Below are positions 33,750 to 39,123 of a stretch of 39,123 nt of DNA, one piece after another. Below the pieces are notes generated by a model, which saw nothing but the letters and a program-made list of their open reading frames with translations, did no database searches and had not been told where the DNA came from. Position 1 is the first letter of the stretch, and every line of letters starts with the position of its first letter. Source of the stretch: Spirogloea muscicola (lineage: Eukaryota); NCBI GenBank assembly GCA_009602725.1, contig WELB01000003.1, positions 1,544,524 through 1,583,646 of the forward strand. Reading direction: 5' to 3'. The position numbers and the translations under genes were made by a program.

Positions 33750-35197
33750 GACAAGATCGTGCGGGTGCACTTCGAGGAAGGCAGTGAGGAGGAGGACGTC
33801 GCCACGATCCCCCTCGAACACCTGGCGCCTGGCTTCAGGTCTGCCCAGTTCACCACTCTCGCCAGCAAGCCCACGTGGAGTCACCGTCGGCATCCAGCGC
33901 CAAACGTTTCCGTGGCGGCCGGCACCGCGGCTCCATAGGTGCAACGACGGCAAGTGCGACCCGACGGGCCGCTTCTGGGTGGGCACCATGAGCGCGGCGT
34001 GGCGCGAGCCCGGCGGCAAGCGCGGCCGGCTGTACGCGCTGCAGCCGCCGGCGCACGAGCTCTCCGAGCGGCTCCCCACCACGGGTCTCGCCAACGGGCT
34101 CGCCTGGTCCGCTCCCGGCACCGCCATGTTCTTTGTAGACACCGCCCTCCAGGTCAGCCCGCCGGCGCTGCGCCCGGCTCGGAGGCCAGCGCGACGGCAC
34201 CTTCGCCAATAGTTCAGGCGCGGGCTAAGAGTCAGTGTCAGGTCTAGAGTGAGGGTTGCGGCCAGAAGCAGCCGCGTTTGGCGGCCATTTCCCTTGCTGA
34301 CCTCTCTCCCCTTTCCCGTTGCTGGCAAGCAGGTTGTGGACGTCTTCGACTTTGATGGCGGCGCGGGCACCATAGCCAACCGGCGGACCGTCGTTTCCAT
34401 CCCCAAGGAGGAAGGTGACGCATCGCATCCAAGAGCTTCGTTGTAGACACGTCCTCCAAGCTGCTGCTGCCAGCCCATAGGACGAGGTGGTCGTGGTTGA
34501 CGGCGAGATGAGCTACGGAATGCGTCCGACGCTCGTCTCTGCCGCATCTCATGTCGTCTTGCCGAGGCTGCGGCCAGGCAATCCGCAGCAGCCTCTGACG
34601 TGATCGACCTTGGGCTACGCAGGCCAGCCCGATGGTATGGCCATCGACGCAGCGGACAAGCTGTGGGTGACACTGGGCGAGAGCGGCACCGTGCGGCAGT
34701 ACGACCCAGAAACCGGCCAAGAGATTGCACGCATCCGCCTGCCTGTGCAGCGCCCGACCTCCTGCGCCTTTGGAGGTGCCCCCCCTTCACCGAGTCGGCC
34801 TGTGGCCCGACGACTCGCTGTGTACTCAGCTGGGCACGGCCAGCAGGCAGCCATTGCCTCATGACATTACCTTTTTCAGCCCAATGTAAACAGATATATA
34901 TGCCCTGAACCCCATGCTTTAGAAACGCTGACGTGCAGCGGCTGCTTCTGGCAGGGGCGGACCTCAGCGAGCTCTATGTGACGACGCGTGAGGAGAAAGG
35001 TGAGCGTTCAGTGTTTAGGTGCTGGCTCCTCCATCCGCACCCGCGGTAGTGCTCCGGAGCTTCCCTGCTCGAGCTCACGATGTGCTGTGCAAAATGCTTG
35101 TGCAGGAGAAACTCCCTCACAACACGCTGGCGGCCTGTTCCGATGCCATCTGTCTGGAACGAAGGGCGCATCGTTTGCAGTCCCCTATTCTGGTTGA
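33750..35197 (+). CDS. SMP-30/regucalcin/gluconolactonase-family beta-propeller lactonase (5' part missing)
   Basis: RCNDGKCDPTGRFWVGTM; ANGLAWS; FDFD...IANRR; PDGMAIDA..KLWV; PVQRPTSCAFGG.DLSELYVTT; HAGGLFR. The last exon ends at TGA 35197. Confidence 0.92.
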
Positions 35198-35696
35198 GCA
35201 CCCGCACTCCTCTCTCTGAGCTGCCATCATCTCTGGACCTTCTTCCACACCACTGGCATATGCAACTGCCGCACCTGCAGTTAATTTGCAAACTCCCATT
35301 GCAAGCATTGGGAATTTGCATCTTCCTCATGCTATACAGAAAGTTCAGCCTTCATATTGAATCTCCCTTCGTGAGCCCTTGATAAGCTTCCAAGACTGGC
35401 GACGGTTCTGCGAAGCAGTGCGTGCCATCTCGCCTGTGCCAGTTGCCTAGCTCGAAATCACGTACCTGGGCACTCCCTGTGCCCAGGTGCAATCCCTTCT
35501 GGCGGAAGAATGTTCCTGCCAGGTTGATTTTCATTGTTGCTGCTTGCTCACCTAGCCGTACTCTAAAGATTGCTGGCTTAATTGGTGAAGTCAGCAGCAC
35601 AATAGGTGGTACCGCAGAAGAAGGAAGCAAATAAGCACCTTGAAGTGTGGACCGGGTGAAGATAATCCACTTCCACGTCATGGCCAATGCCTGACA

Positions 35697-35760
35697 ACCA
35701 GGCCAAGCCATTCCTCACACTCCTTCTCCGATACCACCAGGCCAAGCCACCCCTCACTCT
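35697..35760. repeat. Short tandem duplication, period about 40 bp
   Basis: accaggccaagccattcctcacactc / accaggccaagccacccctcactct. Confidence 0.75.
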
Positions 35761-36328
35761 GACACATCGTTACTTTGTGGCTTACTTAAGGATGCAGGCA
35801 CTTTGTGAGGTTGGTTTGACAAAGGTCTCAATCACCAGTTTTGGCAACGTTTTGATACTTGAGATTCAGGTCATCTCAATTTCTGATATTAGGCAAATGC
35901 CTGTCATGGGGAGGAGTGCAGCACAGACCTTTCCTCTTGCGCACACCATAAGAGAGGCACACGAGATCGAGTGGCAATGTCCCAAGGGACTCTGTTGCAG
36001 TTTGACGAGACATTCATCTTTGCTGAGATCAATTGCAGATGGCCATGTGCATGAGGCTGCAGGACATTTGATTGTGTGCTGCCATCTCATTGCCATCATA
36101 ATCCATAAGCCAGACAACAGTATTCCCATCATGACAAGTCATACAAGGACATTGGTAATATGGTACAGAAGTGATGCTGTCATGCCAAGACAATTTGAAC
36201 ACTAACATAATCCTAGATCTGCACTAATCCTCGATCTGCACAGCCTTTAGCAAAGCCATTTGAGGGTGATATACTTCGAATGAGCGCTGTGCTGTGCTGC
36301 AGATTTTTCATGGAGAAACGTCAGAAGC

Positions 36329-38768
36329 TCAGTTTGAAGCGCCCTGGGCCGCCATCACGCCCTTGGCACGCTCCACAACGTTTTCAACCGTGTAGCCGTA
36401 GGCCTTGAAGACGTCCTTGTAGCTGCCGCTCTTGCCGAACGTGGACACCGACAATGTCTGGCCCTTGGGGCCAATCCACTCGCGCCACCCCTGCAAACAG
36501 ACGGTTCAAGAGAAGCGAGCCTGCCTTCATCAGACAGCTATAGAGGAGCAGGTTAGGCTGAGGCTGTCGTATGCCACAACGTTGCTAAGATTAAGAAAAA
36601 GTGAGCTTGCTTTCTCATGCGAGGTGCAGACAGGCAGCGTACCTGGGGGCTGCCCGCTTCGACACTCAGGCGTGCGGTCACTGCCGGCGGCAAAACCTGC
36701 TCACGGTACTCTTCAGGCTGCTCCTCGAACAGCTCCCAGCAGACCAGCGAGACCACACGCACGCTGCGAAGTATCGGACGCCACAGCAAAGTCGTCAGCA
36801 CCGGCAGCAATACGAGGCCTGTCGTCAGCTACTAAGAAGAAGGACATACTGTTAGCCTTAGAGAGCTTCAAGTCTTCAACTCAGAGAAACTGGCAAATGA
36901 AGCAGCCTGATGGACAAGGACTCACAATCCTAGAGGAAGTAAAGGAAAGGGGAAATGACAATGACCAATTAATGGAACCAGAGACTTGGAGCAACGGCAG
37001 CAGCTGCTTACTTCTTTCCCTCCTTTCGGATCTCCTCGGCGGCCTTGGCGGCAAGCAGCAGCTCCGCGCCGGTGGCAATGAGGATGAGGTCGAGGTTTGC
37101 GCCCTCGCCGCTATTGTCACTGATCACGTAGCCGCCCTTGAGGACGCCCTCGGCAGTCGCTCCCTCAACGTGGGTGTCCATCTTCTGGCGCGACAGCGCA
37201 ATGAGCGTCGGGCGGTCCTTGGTGTGCAGAGCTGCCATGTACGCGCCCGACACCTCATTGCCGCTGCCCGGGCGGATGATGCGCAGGTTCGGGATGGCGC
37301 GCAGGCTCGCCAGATGCTCCACCGGCTGGTGCGTCGGGCCATCCTCGCCGACACCAATTGAGTCGTGTGTGCAGATCCAGATGACCTGAGCCTCGCTCAG
37401 CGCCGACAGCCTGATGGGTGCCCGCATGTAGTCCGTGAACACCATGAAGGTCGCCGCGAACGGGATGAGCCCCGTGTTGTGCAGCGCCAGGCCATTGCTG
37501 CAATCCACCACAAATCAGGGAGCTGTCGCAGGTTGGTGGGCAGGTGAGCAAGCGCAGCAAATCGTGACAGGGGTCAGCCACCGGCGTAATCCGCCGGGCT
37601 TGCATATGTTGAAACTATGTATTGCAAGAATGAAATAGATCATCATGAGACCATCACGCTCCAGGATCATGATTTGAGAAGTCTGAACTACAGGATATTT
37701 GCAGCCGAGGAATGAAATTACATATTATGCATGCAACAGCCTTAACATCGGTAACGGCAGACCTTATGGAGCCCATGGCATGCTCGCGAATGCCATAGCG
37801 GAAGTTGCGGTTGGCAGGCGTGTCGTGCTCAAAGTCGCCGTACTTCTTCAGGTACGCCTTGTTGGACGAAGCGAGGTCAGCACTACCGCCAACCAGGCCC
37901 GGGATCACATCCGCCAGCGCGTTCAGCACTGTCTCTGAGTAGCCACGCGTCGCGTCCGCCTCGTCTGTTGCCGACCAGGTCTGCCGCGCCACGGCCAGCA
38001 TGACATGAATTATTTGTAATCTAGTATTCTGTTATTGGTGTTGTCCCACACTTGGCGCAGGTTCCTGCATGTCAGTGTCCACCACCGCCTTGCTGAAAGC
38101 TACTCAAAGAGAGAGCTAAGCAAGCATGGAAGATAATCGATGCATCTTTATTGTCACCCCTACTTGTCAGTCACGTGATCTCTTCGGCTGCATTGCTGCA
38201 TTGCTGCAAGCCAATGTTATTGCAGGCGCAGGACTTGCAGTGCCGGCTCTGTGGGCACGGCAGCAGTGACGAGCTTACCGGAAGGGCCTTCTCCCAGCCG
38301 GCGGGGAGCTCCTTGCTGATGAGCTGGTGGAACGCCTTGGCATCTTCAGGATACTTCTCCTCGTACTGCTTCAGCTCCTGCTGCCATGCCTTCTCAGCCT
38401 CCGCACCACGTTCCCCGGCTTTGTGATACTCCCTAAAGACGCCCGAGGGCAAAATGGAGGAGGGAGGAAGGTTGGGCATTGTTGTACGCAACAGGCGGCG
38501 GCGACACAATAGGCAACAAGTAAGTTTGCTGCCTGACATAAGCCCAAAAACCATTCCGTGAAGCGTATTGCTTTGTCCCATTGAGCTTAGTGAGCGGGCA
38601 AGGAAGGATGTGGCACCTGTAAACTGCCTCGGGGATGTGGAAGGGCTCGGTCGACTCCCAGCCGAGCTTCTGGCGGATGTTCTCCCGCTCCTCCTCACCG
38701 AATGCGCCATGGTGCGCCTTGGGCGTGCCCTGCAGCTTCGGTGACCCGTATCCGATGATTGTGGTCAC
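36329..38768 (-). CDS. TKL: Transketolase, C-terminal portion (upstream exons outside the window)
   Basis: [16 protein letters not shown]...[83 protein letters not shown]; stop at 36329-36331. Confidence 0.96.
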
Positions 38769-39123
38769 CTGCACACAGCACTCGGACCAACAGGCAGCTT
38801 GTTATTGAAAAGCTCAATATCAATACTTGCATAACTACGTCTGTGTGGTTGAGTATTGCTCTGCCTTCATGGCGAAGTTTGCGAGAGGCGTGTGTGCGCG
38901 AGTGCATACAACAGTCAAAGGAAGGTGACATGGAGGAACAAGCAGAAATAGACGAAGGAAGACACATATGTATAACGACAATGCTGTCCCCACTGCGCCC
39001 GTGCGTACGCTAGTAGGAGGAAGGTCACATGTAGGGATCCGCCGAGGAGCGAACGAGGAAGGCATAAGTATGTACGAGCAATGTAGGTTCTGTATTTTAC
39101 ATTGGGGGGGGGGCTTGAGAGGG

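Noticed and set aside
35200..36300. Possible decayed LINE fragment between the lactonase and transketolase
   Set aside because: Only vague peptide resemblance (RVPWDI, LNLKYQN), with no RT or endonuclease motif.

Overview
Eukaryotic, intron-rich, GC-rich nuclear DNA from a green plant lineage. A streptophyte alga is most likely; this is inferred from TGD4, plant-type aprataxin fusion, PDX3/NAXE fusion and nuclear petC together with algal-style GC-rich first exons. Eleven spliced genes could be rebuilt by hand: mitochondrial-type ClpP (5' truncated), a UVR+SnoaL/NTF2 protein, a kinase-macro-HIT aprataxin fusion, cyclin T-like, a protein of unknown function (5' end in an N-gap), a MOT1/2 molybdate transporter, the NAXE-PNPOx fusion, petC, TGD4, DDRGK1/UFBP1 (3' part), and an SMP-30/regucalcin-like lactonase (3' part). 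A divergent transketolase makes a twelfth and runs off the right edge. Most ORFs in the supplied track are GC-rich or antisense artefacts. I found no prokaryote-style system (CRISPR, defence, etc.). The best unexplained signals are: two unrelated introns that begin with the same tRNA T-arm/B-box-like motif at the splice donor; a hairpin-bearing dispersed repeat family found only upstream of genes; two decayed, apparently paralogous beta-trefoil-like remnants sharing an exact 18-mer; telomere-like arrays just upstream of splice acceptors; and an in-frame stop in the aprataxin fusion linker. All homology calls come from motif recognition, not database searches.
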